Positions 8,554-18,265 of a DNA stretch of 64,000 nt are shown piece after piece. The position numbers and the translations under genes are program-made. Source of the stretch: Candidatus Kerfeldbacteria bacterium. Its GTDB lineage: Bacteria > Patescibacteriota > Patescibacteriia > UBA9570 > XYC2-FULL-38-9. Numbering within the stretch: position 1 is the stretch's first letter; each line of letters begins with the position of its first letter. The notes below the pieces were generated by a model. It did not search any database, had not been told where the DNA came from, and saw only the letters and a list, made by a program, of their open reading frames with translations. The stretch lies in assembly GCA_043813585.1 (NCBI GenBank), contig JBDRKW010000020.1, forward strand, positions 65,185-129,184, given 5' to 3'.

Positions 8554-10923
8554 ATGGAGAGATTACGTTTTATTAAAGCACTGGCGATTGCAGGATCCGC
8601 ATCAGTGTTCATTTTTGCGTGTACGGCTGTTCCTGCAAGCGCGACAAATTATGTTGTTACAAAGACAGCAGACACGAATGACGGTACGTGCAACAGCGAT
8701 TGTTCGCTTCGCGAAGCTATTCGCGCTGCAAATGATGTTTTAGGGGACGATGAAGTTACGATTCCTGCCGGGACATACACGTTCACCCTGGCGGGGCGCG
8801 GGGAAGATGCCGCATCAACCGGCGACTTGGACATTGAAGACAATCTCATCATTCGGGGTGATAAGGCATCGAATACCATCATTGACGCGGACGATCTGGA
8901 CAGGGTCTTTGAGGTTGAAGCAGGATGGATAGTGGAACTCCATGATCTCACCATCCAAAACGGTACGGCAGCGGTCGGGTCCGGTGCGAATGGGGGAGGC
9001 ATAGCGAACGAAGGCGTGCTATCCATTTATGATTGCATCATAAAGAATAATATCGCGTCTTCATTTTCAGGCGTGACCGGGGGATCGGGAAATGGCGGCG
9101 GCATCTATAATAACGGAGCAATGCCACTTATTGAGCGAACAACATTTGATGGCAATAAGGCAGTTATGAGCAGAAGTTCCAACTTCGGAACTGGCATGGG
9201 CGGTGCAATCTATAACAATTTGGAAATAACAACCATTAATGATTCTGAGTTTACCGGGAATTACGGCTCATATAATACCGGCACCGGGAACTTTGCCGGG
9301 TATGCCGGAGCCATTCATAATGACAGTACATTAGGGACATTAAAGCACTCAACCTTATCCAATAATGGAGCGGTCTACACCGAAGGCCTGGGAACAGGAT
9401 ATGGCGGCGGCATTTTTAACAATGGCACATGGACAACCCTACGCAACACAACATTCAAGGCAAACGTTGCCCTTGAGCACGAGGGCCCGGGATTTGCGGC
9501 GGGTTACGGAGGTGCAGCATTTAACAATAATTCGCTTCAAACCATTCAACGGGTAAAAATTCTCAACAATACGGCTAAGAAAGGCACGGGCCAGGGATAC
9601 GGTTATGCGGGAGGAGTGTTCATTAATGCACCGATAGCCACCATGGAGCATATGACGATAGACGGTAATGTGGCGTTAAGCTACAACAGTGTCTCGGGTT
9701 CCTCTCTCGGTTATGGGGGAGGACTGTACGTAAATAGTGTAGTGACTACATTCCGAAACACCACCATAAGCAATAACACCGCCAAAAAAGGATTCAATGA
9801 TGGAAATGGTTATGGCGGAGGCATGTATGTGAACAGTAAAATATCACATTTTCAGAACTCAACCGTGAGCGGCAATACGACATGTGAATATACTGGCAGC
9901 GGAACCGTGGGTTGCTGGGGCGGTGGCATATATGAAAATGCAGACGGATCGAGTTACGATCATGTAACAATAGCCGACAATACAACGGCAAACGTAACCG
10001 GTAGCGGGATGGCAAACGCAAGCGCCGGCGGGATTTTCCAGGGCGGCACTGCATTAGCGCTCAAAAATTCAATCCTTTCAGGCAATTACGAAGACGGTGA
10101 CCAAACAACCGCTTCTGACTGCGAAATTTGGGGAACACTGACATCAGGTGGATATAACATCTTCAGCGAGACAACAGACTGTACAGTAACTACATCCACT
10201 GGCGACCAAACAAACACAGATCCGGAGATCGGTATCCTCAATGATAATGGAGGGTTCAATGAAACACATAAACTGCTCGACGGATCACCTGCGCTAGACA
10301 AGATTCCAACGGCGGTCTGTACTTTGAATGAGGACCAGCGCGAAGTAGAGCGGCCGCAGGGCGAAAACAATAAATGCGATGTGGGCGCGTATGAGCTTGA
10401 ACAGTGGGGTGCGGTAGCCGAACTCGTTCCACAACAGAACACGGAACTCAAAGTAAAGTACACCTACGGCTCTGACCAGACCTTCGATGTCTTTACAACT
10501 GGTACCGCAAAACCAAAGTGCAAACTGGCAAAAGACGGCGAGCGCATCGTCTGTGTGAAATACAACGGTAAAAACGTGAGTGTAACCGATTCTTGGTCTG
10601 GCGAAGTACTTTCAAAAACAAAGATCAGGAAGAATAAGCAGCCGTATGTGAAGTTAAAAGTCTTCGACTTCTATGACGATGATCCAAAAAATGAGGTTGT
10701 GGTTGCATCGATCCGCAATAACAAATTGCGAACAACCATCATTACCCTCACGGACGAAAAAAGCAAACTAAAGAACGAAAATACGAAGAAGGAGGATCCT
10801 TTCACAAGGGACGGCTTTGATATTGATGGCCACAAGAAGCGAGTTCAGATTATGTACGGAAGCGACGTATTGCACGAATACAAGGTGAACAGCGACCGGG
10901 ATCTCGAAGACTGGAGTTCCTAG
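8554..10923 (+). CDS. Secreted CSLREA-domain, beta-helix repeat surface protein (choice-of-anchor Q type)
   Basis: Signal peptide, CSLREAI motif, repeated GGGIYN-type units, DNGG..THKLLDGSPALD...DQR...CDVGAYE. Confidence 0.85.
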   Translation: MERLRFIKALAIAGSASVFIFACTAVPASATNYVVTKTADTNDGTCNSDCSLREAIRAANDVLGDDEVTIPAGTYTFTLAGRGEDAASTGDLDIEDNLIIRGDKASNTIIDADDLDRVFEVEAGWIVELHDLTIQNGTAAVGSGANGGGIANEGVLSIYDCIIKNNIASSFSGVTGGSGNGGGIYNNGAMPLIERTTFDGNKAVMSRSSNFGTGMGGAIYNNLEITTINDSEFTGNYGSYNTGTGNFAGYAGAIHNDSTLGTLKHSTLSNNGAVYTEGLGTGYGGGIFNNGTWTTLRNTTFKANVALEHEGPGFAAGYGGAAFNNNSLQTIQRVKILNNTAKKGTGQGYGYAGGVFINAPIATMEHMTIDGNVALSYNSVSGSSLGYGGGLYVNSVVTTFRNTTISNNTAKKGFNDGNGYGGGMYVNSKISHFQNSTVSGNTTCEYTGSGTVGCWGGGIYENADGSSYDHVTIADNTTANVTGSGMANASAGGIFQGGTALALKNSILSGNYEDGDQTTASDCEIWGTLTSGGYNIFSETTDCTVTTSTGDQTNTDPEIGILNDNGGFNETHKLLDGSPALDKIPTAVCTLNEDQREVERPQGENNKCDVGAYELEQWGAVAELVPQQNTELKVKYTYGSDQTFDVFTTGTAKPKCKLAKDGERIVCVKYNGKNVSVTDSWSGEVLSKTKIRKNKQPYVKLKVFDFYDDDPKNEVVVASIRNNKLRTTIITLTDEKSKLKNENTKKEDPFTRDGFDIDGHKKRVQIMYGSDVLHEYKVNSDRDLEDWSS

Positions 10924-10934
10924 AAGTCTAATAT

Positions 10935-10963
10935 AAAGGGCCGCTACTGCGCGGTCCTTTTTT
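10935..10963 (+). terminator. Intrinsic terminator, paralogous to 8474-8504
   Basis: AAAGGGCCGC-TACTGC-GCGGTCCTTTTTT. Confidence 0.8.
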
Positions 10964-11015
10964 AGTACAGCAAAAAGCGCTATACTACTCTTGTTAATGA
11001 TTATTCAATAGAACT

Positions 11016-13613
11016 ATGGAGAGATTTCACTTAATCAAAGCGTTGGCAATTACAGGAACATTGTCAGTGTGCTTTTTTGCACTTTCAGCCGTACCGGCAA
11101 GTGCAGACACGTTTGTTGTTACCAAATCCGCAGACACTAATGATGGTACTTGCGACAACGACTGCTCTCTGCGTGAAGCCATTCGCGCTGCAAATGATCA
11201 ATTAGGAGAAGATTCCATCTCATTGCCGGCCGGTACGTATACATTATCAATCGCCGGGCGCGGTGAGGAGGCCGCATCAACCGGCGACCTGGACATTGAG
11301 GAGAATCTGGTCTTTTGGGGTTCGCATGCGACAACAACCTTCATTGATGCCGATGAACTGGACCGCGTGTTTCAGGTGGAACCGGGAGTGACCTTTGAAC
11401 TGCATAGTGTAACCATCCGCGACGGCGTGGCAAACGTCAACGCGAACGGCTACGGCGGCGGCCTCTTTAACAGCGGCACGCTAAAGGTCTACGATTGCAT
11501 ATTTGAAAGCAATACTGCGACATACCTGTCGTCAGGCGCATCAGGCACCGGCTACGGCGGCGGCATTTACAGCAATAACGGAACCATCGATATAATCGAA
11601 GGCACCACGTTTAAAGACAATATTGCGGTCCATAACACAACAACGAATATCGGCACCGGCTACGGCGGCGGCGTCTATAATAACAACGGTACGCTCACTG
11701 AATTAGCGTCCAGTTCGTTCGAGAATAACAGGGCGGAGTATAACACGGGAACAGGAACACATACCGGTTTCGGGGGCGGATTATGGAACGGCGGCACGGT
11801 CGGGCTAGTTAAGTACACGCAATTTACCGAAAATGCCGCAAACGAAAGCACGCAGGCAGGTAACGGGTGGGGAGGCGGTCTCTATAACGCCGGGACAATG
11901 AACGTGGTGCGCGATTCGACGTTTTCTGAAAACACCGGCCTGATAAATAATTCACTCGCAACAGCTAGCGGACAGGGCGGCGGCGTGTACAACAGCGGCA
12001 CTCTCAAAGTGTTGCAGCGCGTAACGCTGGAGGGTAACCACGGAAAAACCGGGTCCGGACCGGGCGGCGGGAGCGGAGGCGCCATCAGAAACATCGGCGA
12101 TATGAATAACCTTGAAGACCTGGTGGTTCAGGAAAACGTGGCTCTTGATTATGACGGTGCCGCATCATCGGCAGCATACGCCGGCGGGCTGTCCAACAAC
12201 GGAACAATATTAAAAATTCAGCGTTCAACCTTCAGTGGCAATATCGGCAGGATCGGCTCTGGAGCCGGCGATGTGTACGGCGGCGGTATCTTCGACCAGG
12301 GAGCTATTAACGCGCTCGAAAATTCAACGATTAGCGGGAACACCGCTCTCTATGACGAAAGTAGCTCTGGTACCAACAGGGGCGAGGGCGGCGGCTACTG
12401 CAACTACGGTTCGGGCTCGACATTAACGAACGTTACCATCGCCGACAACGCTGCTCTGGTGAAGGACGGTGCAAATACAAGCGCCGGATATGGTGGCGGG
12501 TTCTATATTGCCGGCACGATGACGCTTTCGAACTCCATTGTTGCGGACAACACGGCAGGCGGCGCCGGCGATTCCCCGGATTGTGACAATAACAACACGA
12601 TGAATACAAACGGTTACAATATCGTCAGCGATACGACGAATTGTAATTGGAGTTTGGCAACAGGCGACAGAACGGATACAGATCCCGATTTGAATGAGCT
12701 CGCTGACAACGGCGGTTTTGGGGAAACACATTCTTTAAAAACCGGTTCGCTTGCCATAGACCAGATACCTATTGCAAACTGTTCGCTTGCCACTGATCAG
12801 CGTGTGCTTGACCGTCCCGAAGGCACCAAATGCGATATGGGCGCAGTCGAAATGGACCAGACCGCGCCGGTTCTTACTGTAGTCGGCGACTCACCGATGG
12901 ATATCTTGATAAATGATGAATATATCGAACGCTGGGCGTCAGCAACGGATAATTTTGATAACAATGTTCAATCCACGCTAACGTACGACGAACCCGTCAA
13001 CACAGGCAAGATAGGCACCTATTATGTGACCTATACCGCAACTGACAGGGATGGGAATGTCGGAACCGTTCAGCGCACGGTGAATGTCATAAGCCGCGGA
13101 GATGTCACGGAGTTGGTTCCAATGCAAAACACCGAATTGAAGGTCAAATATTCCGGAGGAACGGAACAGACCTTCGATGTGTTTGCAAAGGGCAAGGCAA
13201 AACCCAAATGCAAGCTGTCAAAAGATGAAGAACGCATTGTGTGCGTGAAGTATTCCGGACGCAACGTAAGCGTGCTTGATGCGCAGAGCGGAGAGGTCTA
13301 TTCCAAGAGCAAAATTCGGAAGTACAAGCAGTCGTATGTAAAGTTCAAGGTGATGAATTTCTACGATGACGATCCGAAGAATGAAATTATTGTAGCGACC
13401 ATTAGGGGAAGCAAGCTACGAACGACAATCCTGACGCTCACCGACGCAAACAGCAACCTGAAGAACAAAAATACCAAGAAAGAAGATCCATTTACGAGTG
13501 ACGGCTTCACTATCAAGAAATACAAGAAACGGGTACAGATTAAATACCGCAGTAACGTGCTGCACCAATACAAAGTAAACAGCGACCGCGACCTTGAGGA
13601 TTGGGGTTCGTAG
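11016..13613 (+). CDS. Secreted CSLREA-domain surface protein with an extra Ig-like (DUF5011-type) domain
   Basis: Paralog of 8554-10923; extra segment DQTAPVLTVVG...ATDNFD...GTYYVTYTATDRDGN...RTVNV. Confidence 0.85.
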   Translation: MERFHLIKALAITGTLSVCFFALSAVPASADTFVVTKSADTNDGTCDNDCSLREAIRAANDQLGEDSISLPAGTYTLSIAGRGEEAASTGDLDIEENLVFWGSHATTTFIDADELDRVFQVEPGVTFELHSVTIRDGVANVNANGYGGGLFNSGTLKVYDCIFESNTATYLSSGASGTGYGGGIYSNNGTIDIIEGTTFKDNIAVHNTTTNIGTGYGGGVYNNNGTLTELASSSFENNRAEYNTGTGTHTGFGGGLWNGGTVGLVKYTQFTENAANESTQAGNGWGGGLYNAGTMNVVRDSTFSENTGLINNSLATASGQGGGVYNSGTLKVLQRVTLEGNHGKTGSGPGGGSGGAIRNIGDMNNLEDLVVQENVALDYDGAASSAAYAGGLSNNGTILKIQRSTFSGNIGRIGSGAGDVYGGGIFDQGAINALENSTISGNTALYDESSSGTNRGEGGGYCNYGSGSTLTNVTIADNAALVKDGANTSAGYGGGFYIAGTMTLSNSIVADNTAGGAGDSPDCDNNNTMNTNGYNIVSDTTNCNWSLATGDRTDTDPDLNELADNGGFGETHSLKTGSLAIDQIPIANCSLATDQRVLDRPEGTKCDMGAVEMDQTAPVLTVVGDSPMDILINDEYIERWASATDNFDNNVQSTLTYDEPVNTGKIGTYYVTYTATDRDGNVGTVQRTVNVISRGDVTELVPMQNTELKVKYSGGTEQTFDVFAKGKAKPKCKLSKDEERIVCVKYSGRNVSVLDAQSGEVYSKSKIRKYKQSYVKFKVMNFYDDDPKNEIIVATIRGSKLRTTILTLTDANSNLKNKNTKKEDPFTSDGFTIKKYKKRVQIKYRSNVLHQYKVNSDRDLEDWGS

Positions 13614-13687
13614 GCGATATGCGGCTGCGTTTGGACATCATGACACTTGATTTATTCCGGTAAATATGCTATCTTTTCATGTTCCAT

Positions 13688-13858
13688 ATGGCGATTGACC
13701 AGCACAGCAAACAACAAGTCCAACAGATGCAGTCCATATACGAGCGGGCATTGCAACAGCTTCAGGCGATCCGCGAGAGCAGGAAACAGTGGAGCGTATG
13801 GTTTGCCGACCATGTAAACAAGAGGAAAATCGAAAAAATAAAGAAAGAGCTGCAGTAA
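13688..13858 (+). CDS. Small helical hypothetical protein (56 aa; below the ORF-track cutoff)
   Basis: MAIDQHSKQQVQQMQSIYERALQQLQAIRESRKQWSVWFADHVNKRKIEKIKKELQ; promoter-like TTGATT..TGCTATCTT upstream; stop 1 nt before next ATG. Confidence 0.7.
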   Translation: MAIDQHSKQQVQQMQSIYERALQQLQAIRESRKQWSVWFADHVNKRKIEKIKKELQ

Positions 13859-13859
13859 T

Positions 13860-15983
13860 ATGCCAGGACTCGAAGGAGCCCCGTCCAGTGCTCCGCAGGA
13901 AAAACAATCGCAAGAGAAAGCGCCTGCAGTAGAACGCGCTGCCGGTCTTGACGTTGAAAGCCTGGACACACCGGAAAAGCGCAGGGAATTCGGCGAACAG
14001 CTGCAACAGGCGCTCCATGCGCAGAGCGAAGCTGTCCGGAACGACATTGCCGAAGGGAGCAGGCGCCTGGACAGGGATTCAGCAGACCTGTCACGTGAAG
14101 AGGTCGCTGATATCTATCCGCAGGCGCAAGCCGCCTTTCAACAACTGGAGACACAGGCTGTTCAGATAGATGCACAGGCAACCGCGCAAATTGATAGCGT
14201 GATTGCCGAGGAGCAAGGTGGAACCGTTCCCGAAGGAGCTTCATTGCGCATAACACGTTCGGAAGCGGAGCTGCAGGCGCTTCGGGACGTTGAACTGGTC
14301 GGTCCGGAAAAATACGGTAAAAGCCTGGTAAAGGAACACCACCGGGACAACATGACGGTGGGCGAGCACGAACAGGCTCAGGAGAAGGCGATGCAGGCGA
14401 TGCAGGAGAAAATTGATGCAGGCGTGATTGATCCGGGGTCAATTTCGAGCGACATGTTGCGCGAACTCGGAGTTGAGCCGGGCACCGAAGGCGCGCCGGA
14501 TTCATTCGACTCTATCATAGGCAGTATTCGAACAGAGCTTACCAAATTTCGCTCCGAAGGATACATCCCGAATTTGGAGGAAGGCGTTGCGATCGAGAAG
14601 GAAATCCGCGAATATATTGACATCTATAGGGAATCGTTTCCGGACGCACCGCCGCAGAAAGTATTCGAAGTGGCCCGCGATAACGCGAGAAAGCTCGCCT
14701 ACCAGACCAGCAGGGATAAAGAAGTGTTCTCAGGGTCTGACCACGGAACCAAACATATCCTGGACGGAAACATGAAGTTCGCCAACCAGATGCTCGACAG
14801 CCTGCAAAAGCAGGGAGTTGACGTGTCTGCGAAAGACAAGCTCTTCATCCACCAGATCATCATTGACCATGACATTGGGTATACGGTTGGAGCCGCGCAG
14901 GCAAAGAAAGGCTTTGAAGCGTCGAAAGACCATCCGCTGTTCAGCACGAAGTTCGTGGAGCAAAACGAAGAGTATTACAAGGATAAGTTCGGCGAGGACG
15001 GGTACAAGATGATTCGTGACGGCATCCTCTACCACAGCTACCCCAAAACAGAACTCAATACGCCGCGTTCAGGTCCTGACGCGGTCAACGTCGATTTGGT
15101 CCGTTCGGTCACTTCCATTGTTGATGGCCTGGGAGTGACGGCGGAGACGAAGACGCCGGCGTTCTTCCAGAAACCGGAAGCGATTTCCACACTCATGAAG
15201 CTTCGTCTTGCCATGGAGGCAGGTGCGACAAAAGACAATCCGTCATTGCTGGATACTTATAAAGCCGATTTGCGGGAAATAGCAGACAAAGAACCGAATG
15301 AAAAACGGCGGACCCAGTTCGGCAAAGCAATTGATGATTTTTTCAATGAATATACTGCTGAAGTGACTCTCGGCCACTATACCGGCGTTGTGCAGGAAGT
15401 GGGCGTCACAATGCAGGGAGACAAGTTCGTCCCCCATGTCAAAGCAAAAATGTCGCGGATACACGCTCTTCTTGGTGACATGTTCGGCGGCAAGCTTGAG
15501 GGCCAGGCGTTTATGAAAGCGATGCAGGAGTTCGGCGTGGAAAGTAATGAGATGAATCGGTTCGGCCTTGAGCTGGAAATTGCGAGGAAAAACGCGATCA
15601 TACGGGAAAAGCCGCTGCAAATGAGGTCAGAGACCGCAGTATTCGAAGTTGATTCCCGATTTATCGAGGAAACTGATAACCAGTACGCCGATATTGAAGC
15701 CGCGATAAGCGAAGTGTACGGCACTTCAATTCGCTCCGAAATCAACAGCATTCTGGACAGCTTTAAAAAAAATCCTGAACTGGCGAGGGAAAACGTTGAC
15801 GAAATACGCGACCGGTTCATCTTTTCTACCACGGAAAAAGCAACAGCGGACGAATTAAAGCAGATACAAACCATGATTGACGGACTTGCAAACCCCGACC
15901 CGGCCGTCGCGCAGGGCGCAGGGGATCAGCTGCGGCATTTCCTGACGGCGGAAGAAAAAAAGCTTTTAAAAATACAAACATGA
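13860..15983 (+). CDS. Large protein with a central HD-superfamily phosphohydrolase domain
   Basis: DHGTKH...IIIDHDIGY...KDHP...LYHS...IVDGL follows the H...HD...H...H...D metal-ligand order; helical flanks. Confidence 0.65.
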   Translation: MPGLEGAPSSAPQEKQSQEKAPAVERAAGLDVESLDTPEKRREFGEQLQQALHAQSEAVRNDIAEGSRRLDRDSADLSREEVADIYPQAQAAFQQLETQAVQIDAQATAQIDSVIAEEQGGTVPEGASLRITRSEAELQALRDVELVGPEKYGKSLVKEHHRDNMTVGEHEQAQEKAMQAMQEKIDAGVIDPGSISSDMLRELGVEPGTEGAPDSFDSIIGSIRTELTKFRSEGYIPNLEEGVAIEKEIREYIDIYRESFPDAPPQKVFEVARDNARKLAYQTSRDKEVFSGSDHGTKHILDGNMKFANQMLDSLQKQGVDVSAKDKLFIHQIIIDHDIGYTVGAAQAKKGFEASKDHPLFSTKFVEQNEEYYKDKFGEDGYKMIRDGILYHSYPKTELNTPRSGPDAVNVDLVRSVTSIVDGLGVTAETKTPAFFQKPEAISTLMKLRLAMEAGATKDNPSLLDTYKADLREIADKEPNEKRRTQFGKAIDDFFNEYTAEVTLGHYTGVVQEVGVTMQGDKFVPHVKAKMSRIHALLGDMFGGKLEGQAFMKAMQEFGVESNEMNRFGLELEIARKNAIIREKPLQMRSETAVFEVDSRFIEETDNQYADIEAAISEVYGTSIRSEINSILDSFKKNPELARENVDEIRDRFIFSTTEKATADELKQIQTMIDGLANPDPAVAQGAGDQLRHFLTAEEKKLLKIQT

Positions 15984-16471
15984 CCACGCCACCTTCAAAT
16001 CAGTACGAACGCCAGTTGCGCAATTCAAAGGATACGGCCGAGGAAGAGGAGCGCCGCTCCAGGATGTACGCGCGCATGTTAGATTACATTGAACAACAGG
16101 TACCGGGTTTTACAGTAGGACCGATGGAAGCCGTCACCCTCGCGTATATCTGCAATAAAAAAATTGATGTGCTTCCCCATGACGCGACTGCCGAGACGGT
16201 AACACAGCAGGTATTCGGAATAGAGCAGGGGGACACCGCGCTGGATGCGATGTGGAAAATCCAGCAGGTGGTGCACGGCTGCACAATGGAGGGAATCGAC
16301 AGGCTCGTGCAGGAAGCGCATGGAAATGATGAGGAACGAGCGAAAATGGAAACCCTGCGCTCTATGGTGGCTGCGTCGCATCAAGATAAAGAGGAGAAAT
16401 ACAAAAAAGGCAAGATGTTCAGTATTGGAAAGATCCCTGCGTATTGGAAACCCAGCTGGCTCAAGCTGTAA
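15980..16471 (+). CDS. Hypothetical protein
   Basis: 163-aa ORF overlapping the HD gene stop (ATGA). Confidence 0.65.
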   Translation: MTTPPSNQYERQLRNSKDTAEEEERRSRMYARMLDYIEQQVPGFTVGPMEAVTLAYICNKKIDVLPHDATAETVTQQVFGIEQGDTALDAMWKIQQVVHGCTMEGIDRLVQEAHGNDEERAKMETLRSMVAASHQDKEEKYKKGKMFSIGKIPAYWKPSWLKL

Positions 16472-16475
16472 AAAA

Positions 16476-17606
16476 TTATCTTCTTACCAGTTTGCTCACA
16501 AGCTCCACATGCGGCGTATGCGGGAACATGTCCACCGCTTTTATGGCATCCACGCGATAATACTTCGAAAGCTCCGTAATGGAGCGGGCGTATTGTTTGT
16601 AGTTGCATGAAACATAGACAATCCGCGGCGGGAGACTAGTGAGAAGGTCTTTCAGCGCATTGTCGTGCAGGCCGCTGCGTGGCGGATCAATAATGACAAG
16701 ATCGGGATCGAGCGACATCCAGTCGTACTCTTCGGTTTTTGCGACATGGAATGAAATATCAGCATTATTCAGCTCTGCATTTACTTGTGCGTCCGCAATT
16801 GCCTCCGGCACAAGTTCAACGCCAATCAGCTTTTTTGCGGATCGCGCAAGCGGGATCGAGAAAAAGCCGCTGCCGCAATACAGGTCGAGCACAATTTGCT
16901 CTGAAATATCACCGGCAAAGTCCTGGACGCATTGCATTAATAACGGAGCAGTTGAGGAGTTGGTCTGAAAAAACGCGTTGGGTGTGATGCGATACCGGAA
17001 CCCGTTGATAACCTCTTCAATAAACCCTTGGCCTGAAATTATATGAAGTTCGTCCCCGAACGAGACATCAGCGGTTGTATGGTTCACAGACCAGACGATC
17101 GTTGCCGCTCCCGTATCTTTTGCCAGAACTTCAAGCGCGCTTAAACACTCAATGCGTTCCTGCTCGTTGTTTGGTTCGCTCGTGACAATAATTACCATGG
17201 TATCGCCTGCGAGCGTCGCGCGTACAACCGCATAGCGCAATAACCCATGGTGTGCCTTGCGGTCAAAAAAAGACAATCCGGAATCAGCGACCCACTGGCG
17301 TATGATCGGAAACAGATGTTCAATCGCTTCATCGCCTAAAAAGCACGGATGGTTATCGATGACGCGCCACCATTTTCCCTTTTGCCGTAATCCTACACGG
17401 CCTTCGAAATCGATCACAAAATCCATCCGGTTGCGGTAGTGCGCGGTTTTTGCCGACGGCACAATCTCGGTACAGGACAAATCCAGCTTATGCAATGCCA
17501 AACTGCCATTGATATCTGATAATTTCTGCTTCAGCTGCTTCTCATACGGTATATGCGACCATCCGCACGAGCCGCAGACCTCCTTATTGGGACAGAGTGT
17601 TTTCAT
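16476..17606 (-). CDS. rlmD: 23S rRNA (uracil-C5)-methyltransferase, RlmD/TrmA family, no TRAM domain
   Basis: CP...CGSC, YRNRMDF, AFFQTN, LDLYCGSG, IDPPRSG, YVSCN, DMFPHTPHVE. Confidence 0.9.
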   Translation of the reverse strand: MKTLCPNKEVCGSCGWSHIPYEKQLKQKLSDINGSLALHKLDLSCTEIVPSAKTAHYRNRMDFVIDFEGRVGLRQKGKWWRVIDNHPCFLGDEAIEHLFPIIRQWVADSGLSFFDRKAHHGLLRYAVVRATLAGDTMVIIVTSEPNNEQERIECLSALEVLAKDTGAATIVWSVNHTTADVSFGDELHIISGQGFIEEVINGFRYRITPNAFFQTNSSTAPLLMQCVQDFAGDISEQIVLDLYCGSGFFSIPLARSAKKLIGVELVPEAIADAQVNAELNNADISFHVAKTEEYDWMSLDPDLVIIDPPRSGLHDNALKDLLTSLPPRIVYVSCNYKQYARSITELSKYYRVDAIKAVDMFPHTPHVELVSKLVRR

Positions 17607-17625
17607 CTCTGCTATAATAGGCTAT
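17607..17625. promoter_or_regulatory. Putative bidirectional -10 element between divergent rlmD and acylphosphatase
   Basis: 19-bp gap with TGCTATAAT on + and TATTAT on -, each 7 nt from an ATG. Confidence 0.55.
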
Positions 17626-17901
17626 ATGCAGAAACATCTCAACATCCGCGTCATCGGCAGGGTTCAGGGCGTCTTTTTCCGCATGTCCGCCAAGGAACAG
17701 TGCGAGCTGCTCGGCCTGACCGGATGGGCGCGCAACGAGCCGGACGGTTCAGTCATGATCAGGGCGGAAGGCGAAGAAGCGCAGCTGGACAAACTGGTGG
17801 CATGGTGCACGGAAGGGCCGTCGCATGCGTACGTGGATGATGTACAGGTTACGGAAGGCGATGTGCAAGGATTTGAAACGTTTGAAATACGCTATAACTG
17901 A
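17626..17901 (+). CDS. acyP: Acylphosphatase
   Basis: GRVQGVFFR and GWARNEPDGSV signatures; ATG at 17626. Confidence 0.95.
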   Translation: MQKHLNIRVIGRVQGVFFRMSAKEQCELLGLTGWARNEPDGSVMIRAEGEEAQLDKLVAWCTEGPSHAYVDDVQVTEGDVQGFETFEIRYN

Positions 17902-17905
17902 TCGT

Positions 17906-18247
17906 ATGGAAATAAAAATCGGTTCAGACCTCGCCTCCATTCAAAAGTTCACAACATCGGCACGGAAGGGCGGGAAGACGTTCCTTGACCGCCTTTTTAC
18001 GGAAGAGGAGCAGGAACAGGCGCAGTCCATGGAGAGCCTGGCCGGCATGTTTGCCGCAAAAGAAGCCGCAATCAAGGCGCTCGGGTTGTCTGCGGGCCAA
18101 TGGAAAATGTTCGAAATTGAAAAAGTCGGGGATGGAAAACCGAAGCTTACGCTTGTGGATAGCGATGTGCCAATTATCTCCCACGATGTTACAATTACGC
18201 ATGACGCAGAATATGCATTTGCAACTGCGGTCTTCATAGTGGAATAA
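17906..18247 (+). CDS. acpS: Holo-ACP synthase (4'-phosphopantetheinyl transferase)
   Basis: IGSDL, FAAKEAAIKALG, GKP, ITHDAEYA. Confidence 0.9.
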   Translation: MEIKIGSDLASIQKFTTSARKGGKTFLDRLFTEEEQEQAQSMESLAGMFAAKEAAIKALGLSAGQWKMFEIEKVGDGKPKLTLVDSDVPIISHDVTITHDAEYAFATAVFIVE

Positions 18248-18265
18248 ATAAAAAAAATAATACCT

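Noticed and set aside
11440-12500. Recurring GGCTACGGCGGCGGC as a CRISPR array or DGR repeat
   Set aside because: These are in-frame GYGGG protein repeats with irregular spacing; no cas or reverse transcriptase gene is present.
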